Assembly: GCA_976226885.1 (NCBI GenBank)
Contig: OZ320316.1
Location: forward strand, 88,226,001-88,290,000
Source of the DNA: Iphione sp. A-MEVVRFRX5
Taxonomy: Eukaryota
Direction: 5' to 3'
DNA length: 64,000 bases
Program-made: the position numbers and the translations under genes
Part shown: positions 50,589 to 63,327 of the stretch, piece by piece
Numbering within the stretch: position 1 is the stretch's first letter
Layout of the letters: the number at the start of each line of letters is the position of its first letter
Notes under the pieces: model-generated
Seen by the model: only the letters and a program-made list of their open reading frames with translations
Database searches by the model: none
Told to the model about the DNA's origin: nothing

Positions 50589-52852
50589 CCTGACGTTTTC
50601 TTTGTTCTCTCTAGTCCGGTTAACTGAATGTATTTCCTATGTTAAATGCTCTAAAAGGCAGCTAAATAGTGTACAAATACGGAATGTGAGTCTCCGGTTA
50701 ACTAGTACAATTAATATGGAAAAAGGCTTGGTCATTTAAAATCGTTACGGTTAATGCGAAAATCCGATTGTTGGGGCTATGGTATACGAGGTTCCTCTGT
50801 ATATGGAAAGCATCCTTCTGTGCTACTCTAGAAAGGGGCCGATTTTCTGGACTGGCACACAGTGCAAAAAAAAAGCTACGTATATATGTAGGGAAAGCCG
50901 GCCTGAGAGGTTCACTGCGGATGCAGCCTCCGTAGTCCCTATCCCTCATCTATTGCTGAGTCATGGAGGTCATATACTCTGGTTCCATTAATTATATTTC
51001 TCGAAGCAAAGTCCAATCAATGGAAGTGCTCCTTCAGATAGGTTTACCAGTAGGGGACATAACGTCGTGCACATGGCATAGCAAGATTTCTAACGCGTGG
51101 AATGTTTCATTACAGAACAGCATAGGCGGTGTTTGCGTTGTCTGGTCTGTGTCATGATTCTGGAATTCCTAAATGCGTATATGCTACACATGTGTGAATC
51201 GGTTTTACAATCCATTGAATGGTTTACATTTAGCTCACTATTTCATTACTTCCAGCTCTCGTTGCGCTACAGACCTTCTCTGCCATACACAAACAAGTAC
51301 GATAATAAATACTGAGCACAAAGGGAAGCCTGTCGTCCAGGGAAAAATATACCAGAGCTGGTTGCCTGGTGAAAGGAACAATCAGTTATGTTAGCCTCCT
51401 ATAAAAACAGAACATTCTTAAGCATTATATATATTTGATCAAATTTGTGGAAAGTTAACCCAGTTGTCCAGAGTACTGATCCACCAATCCAAAGGTGAAC
51501 GATTCAACAGTGGGCAGATCAAGGATGTAAACGTGTATAAAATTCGTATCACCAAAATCGACAAATACCCTAGGAACGAAGAACCTTGGCAAGCTGGAAT
51601 TGGAAAAGCCAGGCAACAGAGAGCTTAATGTTACACTTTCGAATGAAATATTAATTAAACATCCTCAAATTAGCATTGACATATGTCCAGTCACCTGCCC
51701 ATAAAAATGTACGTGTGTCAGGATATCCAAGACAATGTTCTCCTGGTCGTCTATCGACCAACGTCCGCCACACAAGATTATTACACCCTTCATTCTTCAT
51801 TCAATAAGTTAGATCTCAAAATACCTAACGCTTTTCTTAAAACGAATGTTAGCTTGATCAAAGGTAATAAAAGTATGCATGGAGAAGAGACATGTACTAA
51901 AAACACGGAAATAAATAAGCACGCGCAAAGAAAGCATTGTGACGACTAAATAAATAGAGGCATTTAAAAAGAAAATACTGGAATGCCTCCCTAATAAAGC
52001 TCCTAGTTAGCAAGATGGATATGTCCTCACTGTCCGCCTATTTGACACACCCACCAAATCTCAGGAGGCATTCTCTTCACTGTGGGCGTCATTGTCCGAT
52101 AATCTAGACATTCAACAGATTCCCCGTGGCACCCTCTAAGTATTTCTTGCTAAATAAAAAAAGCGTGGAGCCGTCATCAACAAGAACTCCCCCGCTGTCT
52201 TTCCGAAAGAAACCGGCAGATGACTGATCATGATAAACAGACAGTAGCATCTAGAGTTGTCACTGCCTGGCTCAAGGGTATTATGTTACGAGTGCTAGCA
52301 CAGTGATGAGCCTTGCTTTTTTGTGTGGCCGTTGGCACGGTGGTACATGTACGGGGACAATCTATGGTTAACCGCACCACATTAAACAGGGGAGTCATCC
52401 TTTCCTTGCGAGAAGCGGTCTTGTAAATGATATTGTGGTCAACCCGCCTGGTCATGCACGTCCACCCGCTGTGGCATGTTGACAGACACTCTGCGAAATA
52501 GATCCTGTCTCCAATATGTCTCGAAACAAAGCTTTACATCCCGATGAAAAACTTTAAGACCCATGCCGCTTACTTTTTTCTCCGTGGGCAAGACAACTGC
52601 TGGAGTTGGCGACCATTTATAGTCCTGACAGGTCTGATTCTCACTCTGTCCACATACCCTTCTGATGAGCTACACACCATGGTTCGGTCTGAGTGCTCAC
52701 CACTTTGCCTGGGCGGCCTGCAAAGTGCTATTTTCCCGTCCGCTGGCTCTAGATTGTATTAGCCCCACAAGGAGGAAACTAAATTTATACCAAGCAACGA
52801 AAGCAAATTTGTGCTACCTGCCCTAGGGCGAAAAGTCTCCATTAGGGTTGGT

Positions 52853-52866
52853 CTGCCCTCTAGCGC
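52853..52866 (-). promoter_or_regulatory. CTCF-like motif
   Basis: Minus strand GCGCTAGAGGGCAG, 2 mismatches to consensus at the tolerant 5' end. Confidence 0.3.
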
Positions 52867-55800
52867 CTGGCTAAGGCACTCGCTGCAGTTTACGGTGAGT
52901 TCTATGGGCCTCCCACCAACAGTTCGATCACCGTGGAGACTGGAGGGCCTGGTTCTAACGCTCATCTAATAAGAAACCAGTGCCTCTCTACGCCTGGTTG
53001 TTGGTGTTAGGAACGCTGGTCGGGTAGTGTCCTCTCATCGAGTCAGCGCTAAGAAAACAATTAAGCCACTCATATATCTCATGAATGGCGGACAGCACAC
53101 TACCTTTGATCACCAGAAACGAGAACTCACTGTTTTGATGAGCGTCCTTAGTAGGCTAGTGGGTTTAAATAAAATAATCACAATAAAAAACTAATATACA
53201 CATATATATATATATATTCATAAAATTGTAATTGCACAGTTTCGTGTATTTGTAACGTTAGTCCCCATGTATAACCAGACATATCTTATTCACAAATGTT
53301 ACTCCTTTCCGACTACTGTTCTTCTGAGTCATATTTATAGCTATCTGCGTCATATTGAAATTTAGAAAGAGAGACTTTACATCTACATGATGTTATTTTG
53401 GTCACGTGCCAAGTATTATTTCCCCGCTGCCAGTGTGAAAAAGGCGGACTAATTTTTGTTATCTTTGCGCAGAGGGTGATTAATTTCCCTTTCTGCTTCT
53501 GGTTACCCCTGCTAGGGGGCAGCACGTTTATACAAACATTTCCGGCCAGAGGCCAACTGAGTCCCTGCCGGAAGCATCACAGGGGGCTTGCTCAAATAGA
53601 ATGCACGTTACTAATAGTTACAGTAAGGAGACCGTTGGCCATACAACCATTGGTACCTCCCATATTGTATTCACTCCATCATGACACACAGTTGTATGCA
53701 ATGCTTTCGACAGAACAATTTCTTTGAAGCTGAAACTCAAAGCATTGAAAGTTTTCAATCTTCTGGAGAGGGATAGGAGGAATTTTAAGTCTCATGGTAG
53801 AACAATTAGGCAAAAGTGACGACCAAAAACTGTAGGATGAACACTTTTTTAAAGGTGTACATTTATATTAAAAATCAATGGAGGCTTCAGCGAGACTATG
53901 ACGTTTGTCTACATGAACACTGCCCATTGCCAGCAACACTTAGCAAGAAAAAAGCGAGCTTCCTTCTGCAACCAATCGGCCAAGTTACTCCAATTCAACC
54001 TATAAATAAGAATATTTCTTAATACGCTTTACTGTTGTTTTTCGTAGTAGTTTTCCGTTTACACCTTAGGGATCAGCTTTGACATTTTCAATGTGTATCT
54101 CCTGGTTTGATGTGAAAGTGTTTAGGAGACAGATCCCGGGAGACAGATATTCTAAGATGCCACGGATATCATGGACATTCTGAAGGTACATTGTTTTAAA
54201 CATAAGTAGACTCATGTAATAAGGGTCTGTCCAGTATAGAATAAAAACAGGGAGAGTTAAATAAATTGGTTAGCGACCACGCTCCCTTGGTTTGACCAGC
54301 GGAGTTATATCCGCTCGTTTGACTTTGGCATGGTTAGTGGAGTGACGGCATGTAACTCTATATTTTCCTGACACCTAATGCATTGATACACTATGCAGAG
54401 CAACACACAAATATGTTATCGGAACACGGTATCGAACGTCGCCTATATGTTGCAAGTGCATGTACATGTACTTGGTCCGATCGGACTGACCGGTACACAT
54501 GTGCACACAACAACCCAACACCCCTCTGCTTTCGCAGTGGTTGCGTCCGTCGATCTATCCCTTCCAGTCCTTGGCGGCCCGCGGTAAAGGTCTGAACCAA
54601 GTTCCTCTCACAGATGAGTACTGCGCACGGAAGTTGGAACAGAAACATGCTAGCTGTTACGTCTTTAGCCATTCCAACGACGCACTGCTCTCAAGTTTTG
54701 AGCAAGAAGATTCAAGCATGTAGGATTAACTGGCCTGTACCTGGGAAAGTGTTGTACGTTCGTTAGAGTTTGCTTCAGTGCTGACTCTTCTCCCAACTCC
54801 TGTTAGGAGTTAATATCACATGTGGGAGCAGCTGACCCGTTTCCTGGCTTCTGAGTCTGAGAGAGTTGCGGCAGGGTCGTACTACAGCTGACTAGGATGC
54901 AGATATAGCTTGTAAGTATAACGCTGATACTTTATATAACCGTATGTTTGGACATTATGTACTGAAGCTTTAGCCGGTTTCTAATGAAGCGACTGTATCC
55001 TTGTCTCCGCTCTAATCTGTAATTGGATGTGGAAGTTCGCAAATCATAAAAGTCCATTCATTTTGGTAGTATTGCAAACTTCATTTCAGTGGCTATACAT
55101 GCATTCATGTATATAATAAAATTTTTGTACAACAGTTATGGTAATACAACTTTCTAACAATGATAGTTTTATGTATGAATTTCAAATTATAAACTATCAT
55201 AGAAAAGTATCATAATCCTCACTAGGTACCAGATATGTGTTTGTGTTGTAGACACCATGTATTCTGCACAAAACAAGGACAGTTTATTATTAAGATAAAA
55301 GTAGGAAGTATTTCAAAACGTTGGAATTCTAAAAAGATTGATTAGAACAGAAGGGTGGCCAAAGCCAGACTCTAGGAGTAGGGAGTGATGTCAGCATATG
55401 TTCCCTTGACACTTCCAGGGATTTTGTAAAAGTTTTGCCAGGAAGTGAGACCCAATCCGTGTTAGCTGAGCCGTTAGCGGGATGCTTGGCGCGTGTGTGT
55501 TCCTTGGAAGTTGACTGAGCACGACTCTATAGACATAGTGTCTGAGCGTGTTGTTTTACCGAACCCCGCCCGCTCTGTGCGCTGCGGTTCTGCCTGAACC
55601 CATGTGGCGTGTTCCGGCCCACTGATTGTAATGATGACATATGGGACAAGGAAAAAGGGGGTATTCGTATGCAGCTAACAAAAACAGTACACAGTCTACC
55701 TGTGGAGTGGGGCCTGTGTGCCCAGCCTCTTATCTGTGCACTGGGTTCCAGAAGGTAGCCTAGGTGATCGCGCACAGAGATAATCCAAGTCGTGATATTT

Positions 55801-58800
55801 GACTGTGCATGCGGTGTGATCTTAGCCCAGGTGGGTGCTTTATTACACAGATATGTATCTCTTTGGTCGTGTTGTGGATTTAACTTTCTATTTAGGCAAG
55901 GGGGTGGCTCCAGTCGTAGAACTGATGTAAGCCGAGGCAAGTACACTATATACAAAGAGCCTACAAATAGTAATTCTTTGCCTTCTAAATTTGAAATTTT
56001 GTATTAGAGTTCTAGGACAATTTGTAAGGCGATTTTAGATCGATATAGTGATTTGGTCCGTAATAGCAGGTATTCCTGCCTGCCCAGTGACCCATAAATG
56101 GATAAAATTTGTGAAAAGTTTCTTCAATAGACACCGCTGTGGGTGTCAAAAACATGTACTGACTTTCTCCAGTTTTCACACAATGAAGTGCCTCTGGTCG
56201 TTTGACAACGCTATCCCTACAGATTCTTTAGCCCACTAATAGCAAATAGAACGTGATTGGCATGTGATGCCACATGTTTCATTTATAACCACGTTCTTCT
56301 TCTGGTTGACTGAGGCACATGTGCGTGGGTCAAGCCATACGTGATTCACGACGTGAAATGACTAGCTGCTCAGTATGCAGTCTGTCTGTCTAGCATAAGA
56401 TGCGGAAGGAAGTGCGGCCCATTGAGCAGCTCATAGCTGCACCATCACGCCATCCCAGTTCATGGTCCATGGAGGGTCACATGCCTCGTGGCGGGGTCCC
56501 TTTCCTCTCACACTGTACGACCCACGTACATGTAGTCCCCAACCAAGTTACGGGCTGTTCCCTTAACTTACACGAATCGTAGTCGTGGTCCATGTGTCGG
56601 GAAGGTGTGTCCAGGAGAGCACCACGTTTTATATGTTTCATTTCATGGAGTGGACTTAATAAAACTAAATATTTGTGCGTTAATCCTGGGTCATCCACAA
56701 AAAATATTTTCGCATCATTAGTGACAATGTAGTTGCCTGCTATTTGCAATGTGTGACCTATTTATGTGGGGTTACCGCTCAGTCGAGGGTCTACGCAACA
56801 CTTTCGGACACTTACAGTGGATCTGTTCGCATTATAAGATTAAAGAAGTTCAATATTTGTGTATTGAGTTAGCAATTAGGAGCACGGACAAAGCTTCCGT
56901 GGAAACCCGCGCGCAAACAAAATTAGCTAGCACAAAGACACTCTTTGTTGACATACATCAAAAGAAATTTGGCCAGGAAAAAGACTGAACGCTAATGGGG
57001 AGTCTCGTACGTGCCGAGAAAATGGTCTTTTTTAAACGACCTAATTAATTTTATTCGCAACGTTTACCGTCCGTGCATAATTCGACACTACTGCTGCCTT
57101 TTATTGAGTTCAGCACTAAAAATTGTGCTTTCCTAGTCTACCTTTGAGGAATGACGAATGAAAAAAACTACATCCGTTGTTGCTCGTATGTACACTGTGA
57201 ATGTGCATCCATGAAATGGGTTACTTAAAATTGATGACTAAGAAGCCAGCCACTTCAGAATAGAATGTCTTGTTTTCAAGCCGTCCACCGCAGGGTTCTC
57301 TGCTGGGCCGGCCCCCCTGCGGACTCTTCACAGACGACAGCTTTGTGCAGCTTTGTCTTTACCGCCCCCGTCCCAGTGGGAGCCTCTCATCCTGCTGTTC
57401 CCTTCGCCCCACTCGACACCCATTTACGCTAACCCCCTGCTTGCCGCCCGGATGAACACTTTCCCACCTCGTGTAGAGGAGGGCCAAACACAGCCAACCT
57501 TACCCGCTTGGTTCATTGGCATTGCCGGGACAGATACAGCGAGGAGCCATTGTTCCCGCCCAAGCCGGACTATTATGGACCACCGGCAAGCTCTATCATG
57601 TGAACGGCTATGGCCCGTTGCCACTTCATTAGTGCTGCAATCCTAGATTTCCGCTAAAGATAATAATCCCATTAAGGGCTATGGAAACTTTTGTATTAAG
57701 TGTCAAACTGTTGGCGCCGAGTGACAAATTATCAAAAATACCGCTCTCTGACACGACTTTCTATAACGACCACACCCACACAGAAGCCGATAAGGTTTCT
57801 TAATACATGTGGATTCCACGATAATGCATTAATAATAGCTAATATACAGGGATGGGTACGGTGCAAATAACGAAAGCATTATTCCCGAAAATATATCTTC
57901 ACAACTCACGTCACCAATCCACGCCTTCTGCAATACCGATTAGTCGATGTTACAAGATCCAACAGTTGTCTGAACACAATGTACATATATCACAACAGCC
58001 CTCAATTTATTGTCGTATTGAAAGGGGCTTCTTTTTTCATGCACACGACCACTCTGAATTATTTTGGCTGTGGCGTATGATACTGACCTTTCCAACATAC
58101 GTGCATGTATCTAAGAATACATTCACATGCTTTTTCTGCCTCCCTTATTGTGAGGTAGGTAAATGTACATCGGTATTTGTCGGGGGGGGCTGTTGTAGTA
58201 AATTGTATTTGTAAGTTTAGTGTAAGTTTATAACGTTAGTATAAATATCTATGGGAATGCTGACAGCCCTCCCCGCCATGAAATGGGATTGTGACGTTTC
58301 AATTGGACAGTATCAATGTTGTATGTTTAGACTGATGTGGTTTGTCATAGGGTTCGGAATAATGAGAGAATTGAAAGACAGACATAAAACAGCTTTACAT
58401 ACAGAGCTTTCACCGATTTATTATGACAAATCGTCCAGGAATCCGTTACATCTACAAGCATGATCCATATAATCATGTGTGAAAGTATCCATTAATATCC
58501 AACAACACTTAGGCCAGTACATGATCCATGCGTCAGTAGACAGATCGGGGTTACAAGGATATGTTATAAGACCATCATTGGAGCAATGCTGCTTTGGGGC
58601 AAACGGTCAGGGATGATATGGAGTCCAGTAACAGATTCCTCTCGTGTATAAATATTAGGTGAGAACAAACACAGTTCGGTCAATTGGTTTTTAAGTAGAC
58701 TGTCTTTAATAATCTCAACATTTCGACTCTATGTAGGTCTCCATCGGGGATAAATATGCAAGGATTTAATCCCCTGAGATGCTAAAAATGTGCTATTGGG

Positions 58801-61272
58801 TTACTCTCATATGTATCAATGCTTACTGGTATCGGCTCATCTTGGAGTTCTTGGAGAGTACAAATATGTTTGTCACCAGACATGTGGATCTACCCGCTGT
58901 ACAGACTATTTACTCTAGTTTTGATGGACCGACATCGAAGCATTCTGGACCCGTTGATCTCAGACTACTGACACAGAGAAAAGAACTAGCACCTGTAAAG
59001 TTCGAAAACACCCTCCAAGTGTTGAGAATTGTAGTGCACATATATTTACTTACTCTTGGAGGCCAGGGGCACCATGTGTGACCAATGTGATCACAAGTAA
59101 AACAAAAGTTAGGCATTCGATCGACAGGGGGTCGGTTCCAAAACCGGGCTCCGACCAAGACGCACGCGGATCAGTGAAAAGAGCCCCCGCAGAAAGCAAC
59201 CAAGCCCCACATCCCTTACCCGGTCGGGGGGCCTGGGGCCAGTATCCCGCTGACCTGCCCTGCCTCAACATTCCACGAGGTATCCAGAGTTGAATTCCGG
59301 GAAGCGGCCCGCTTTCCCCGCAGTGCTCAGGCCTGGCTTTTAGTACACATGTACACGGCCCTGTTGATGGCTCGGAGTTGAGCGCGGAGTGCAGCAAACA
59401 GTTGAATCATCCAGGTTAAGTAGCTCAAGTAACGACGGGTGTGATTTGGGTGCGAACAAGTATCCGCCCCTTTCATCTCCGACACAAGAGCACAACCAAG
59501 TTCAGTTTACGAGAACATAAGATATATCGGAGTGATCAAGGTTAGTGTAAGTACATGTATACAGAAACGCAGTAGACGAGTACAATGAACAGTATTTACT
59601 TCGGTGACCGGTTTGGCTTGCTTCTGAAGTTATTTGCTGGTAAAATAAGATGTTGTGTGTCTATCGGCGTATGCTGCCAAGTTCAAAGGAGCGGTGTGAC
59701 CGTTATACACCTATTTAAATAACAATGCATATCTGAAGTTTGTCCTCGCTCGTGGTGCCTGGTGATTTCCAACAAGAGATAAGAATATTTAGACGCGATA
59801 GACAGCATTGCGTAAGACCATGTAACTTAACGCTCGCAGCGCTGTAGCCTAGCAACAACTGCCACATGGCCGACGAGAATGCGTGGGACCCGTACACACA
59901 CACTGCCGTTTTGTAGTCCCGACCTCTGGGTATGTTCTCAGGAAGGATCCAACCCTTCAGGATTACAGCATACAATGTACGTGCAAAGTGTACATCATAA
60001 CCCATCTAAAGGGCTGCTCTTCTATTATCATTCTGACCTTGCCCACATGTACACATTTAATCAAATGTATGAATGTAGGGGAGCACGCCGTTGAACAGTA
60101 TACCGAGTGATGTATCAACTCAGCCCAGGAGTACTATTAAGAACTATTTACGATATAAGTCGTGGAGTCTAAACAGCCGATATCAAAAGTTGAAGCATTG
60201 GTTGAGTGTCTTATCGGAAAACAAGGAATTTTGATATAATTCGCTCAATGAAAATGTTCTAATTCAAAATTTATTGTTTCTATCCATGTATCTTTTAACA
60301 CCTAGTGAGTTGTTCTGAAATAAAGCATTTCTTCATGTACCAGCACCAAGTCTGGGCCCGCTGCCTATGTACACGTATCAGTGACTCACGTCTACCTACG
60401 TCTGCTGCGTCTGCTGATTCGGGGGGCGCACACCTGAACAAGATGTCTTGTTTTTACAGGAGGTTCCTGGAGTATCAAAGGATTATGGGTACTGGCTTAT
60501 CCCATTTTTCCCCTGTCACAGGCTGCTATCAACAGATCCTTTGTAGGCATCAATCAGCGCCATGTTTGCGGGTCTGCTCTTATCATATGCCGCTGATAAG
60601 GGGGACTCCGTGATGCCGCGACGTGAAGACTCCGAGAAGATACGAACGACCAGTCACGCCGCTGGCACGGAAATGGTTCCCAGAAAACCGCACCAACAGC
60701 AGCAATCACCGACTGAAGAAAAAATAGTGCAAATACGATATTATTAAATCGGCTTATCTTATCCCACGCGATTCACAGTATGACACATCTCTAAGGCAGG
60801 ATATGTTGCCATCCCCTAATGCTTGCAAGCCACCCAGGAGGACCCCAACACAGAACACATTGTCTGCAGGTGTACATAATGTACTTGATCCACCAATGGT
60901 CGCTATAGAGACTATTCCTAGTTTCGAGATTGTTTTTGTTATCCATCTCATTGCTCTGTGTGGCTCAGGTTGATTATTTGCACTTCTGCGGGAGGAAGGT
61001 ATACATTACGCAGTAATCAGTGATATCATCATCGCTCATCCTTATCACGGGATGTCTAGCCGGAAAATAAACCGTTGGCACGATGTTTGAAATTCCCCTT
61101 GAGGGTTGCAACCTATTTTGGGAAGGGACGGATAAAACGTATGTTACCAAAAGGTAACACTTCAGTGTGGCTCTGTTACTAAGGTCTCCTTCTTCAAATG
61201 ATCAATAGCGCCCTGGATCTTTGACAGAAGTTTATATTTATGTAAGTCAGTCAGTATGATTTATGTGTTCAG

Positions 61273-61470
61273 ATCAGCTGGACACAGCTGCACGCGCCCC
61301 AAGTTATAGGCGTGTTGTGTTGGCACAGCTGCCTTCACCTCCACTCGACCGGCAGAGTTCATGGGAGAGATGTCAGAGGCTGTTGCCGAGGTGCTCTGTA
61401 CCTCGACAGGTTCAGGGCCGAGTGCTCGTCAGTTTGACCACTGCGGGTTACCACTCTACCGATGAGGCAG
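61273..61470 (+). CDS. Candidate 198-nt symmetric exon (alternatively an E-box enhancer)
   Basis: Acceptor atttatgtgttcag (moderate) and donor CAG|GTAAAA at 61471. Only the phase-1 frame is open: DQLDTAARAPSYRRVVLAQLPSPPLDRQSSWER...YHSTDEA. It also contains three CAGCTG E-boxes. Confidence 0.25.
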
Positions 61471-62141
61471 GTAAAAATACCCTGCCTCCGCGTGGGCTCA
61501 GTACTGAAAGCTTCGCCACATCGTTTGGCACACCCGGTTCTTCGCATAAGTTTTATAACATGCACTCCCATTTCCTTCCGCGTGAAATTGACCTAAAATA
61601 CCACAAAATAAGTTTTTGGTCTTTGTGTGAATAATGTCCTGTGAACAACAGCAGAGATGATGCCTGGGACGAGATGATCGTATGCGACACAAAGAAATTT
61701 AGTGTCTGTGTTTATATTGCATTGAACCTTCCTAGTATAATATAACGGGATAAATTCATTGAATACCACAGAAAGGCATACCTGCTTTAAATCTTAATAT
61801 AGATATGAATAAGCAAACAAAGTGGTAGTATCTACGAGTAGGTCGATCAATCGGACGTAATAATTCAAGGCGTACATAAGAATCCCTACGTATAGCAGAT
61901 ATTTATTTTGGTGTCTAAAGAGGAGGAATAATGAAAGCCAGCTGCAGCAGACATTTGTGGATATTTACAGGAAATTGCTGCCCACAGTGGATCTCAGTAG
62001 GACGAATGAATATTACCTATAAACCATCGTACATTCATTTGAAACCGTCTGTATCAACAACAGTTTAAACTTTCCTCCAGTTCATAGAAATGACTAGGTA
62101 CAAATGTGCATACCTTTTGAGCTACAACAACATACGAATTA

Positions 62142-62743
62142 GACCAGTTTTTCATGTGTACAGAAAATATGTCCGGAACCTGGACTGCATGGTGCAGAAA
62201 AAAACGATCATATGATATTCAACATGACTACTTTCATGTGTATGGGTCTGCTGGTCTGTGGTACGGGTCCGGAGGGGTCCGGAGACAGAAAATGAACCTG
62301 GGCCACAAATTTACCCTTTTTAGGACTCCAGATACGCTAGAATTATACAACAGGTGGTTTTACTCAGGTAAACACTCAAAGAAACTAATACATGTATATG
62401 TTAGATTCTTTTATGATTTGCATACGTTTGCGTAAAAGTTGCCATTTACACAGATTTGGTCATAATTCCTTCCAATCAGCACAAAAATATTACCTTTACT
62501 CTGATTTGGTTATAATTCGTCCCAGTTAGCATAAAAACATGTCATTTACACACATTTCGTCGCAGTTCCTTCCGATTAGCACAAAAAAAACACTAAAGAG
62601 GGAGAGAGAGAAAGGTAGAGAGAGAAACCCGGACACATGGAAAGCCCCGCTCCGTAAGTGCCCAGAAATGTCCGCAAAATCGGCCAAATTCTCCGGACTC
62701 TTCTGCATGCAGAAGAAATTTCCGGACACATGGAAAGCTGGCC
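62142..62743. mobile_element. MITE-like relic with degenerate terminal inverted repeats and subterminal repeats
   Basis: 62142-62168 matches the reverse complement of 62717-62743 at 21/27 positions. The motif tttcatgtgt occurs on the left (about 62149, 62232), and its near reverse complement occurs on the right inside ccggacacatggaaagc (62629, 62722). There are multiple tccgga motifs and an 18-bp palindrome at 62699-62716. No TSD identified. Confidence 0.45.
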
Positions 62744-63195
62744 AGAGTTAGAACTAGTGATTTTTTGTCATCACCACAGCCAGGTACATAGGATGTTTGT
62801 ATATGAAAACAATTACTGCCATATTTACACAACGCAGATTATTTATTAATCATACATAAATCTGTAGGCATTTACGTGGGAAATGAACTATGATGTACCC
62901 TGTGTTGTAAGGCGGCCTTTCCGTGTGTATGACAAGTACGCACTAGTGTATGACAAGTATGATGACCCCAGAACATAGTCCGTAAGCCTTTCCAGTGTAT
63001 GTAGCTAATATATTAGATGAAGAGACCCCTAGGGGTATAACTGAGAAACACAATAGTCACGGATCCATGTGCAGGAGAACCGCTACTTCAGCGATCATCA
63101 TGCACCATCCTCCGTCATAGTGCGTATACGTATTCTCACATGGATGGGGTATATCAACAGAGAGCGAGTTTACGTCGGCTTGAATAACATGAGAG

Positions 63196-63327
63196 AGAAC
63201 CCAGATAATCCAACTCCTCAGGCATTGGACCCCCTAAATCGTTAAGTGCTGAATTGCACAAACTGTGTCTGTATAGAACCCAGATAATGGAACTCCTCAG
63301 GCATTGGAAACCCCCCCCCCCCAAATC
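63196..63327 (+). repeat. Local direct duplication (about 34-50 bp, period 79) ending in C-runs
   Basis: agaacccagataat(cc/gg)aactcctcaggcattgga at 63196 and 63275, each followed by a C-run and aaatc. Confidence 0.93.

Noticed and set aside
51981-52073. 10-bp inverted repeat gaatgcctcc/ggaggcattc
   Set aside because: Within chance expectation.
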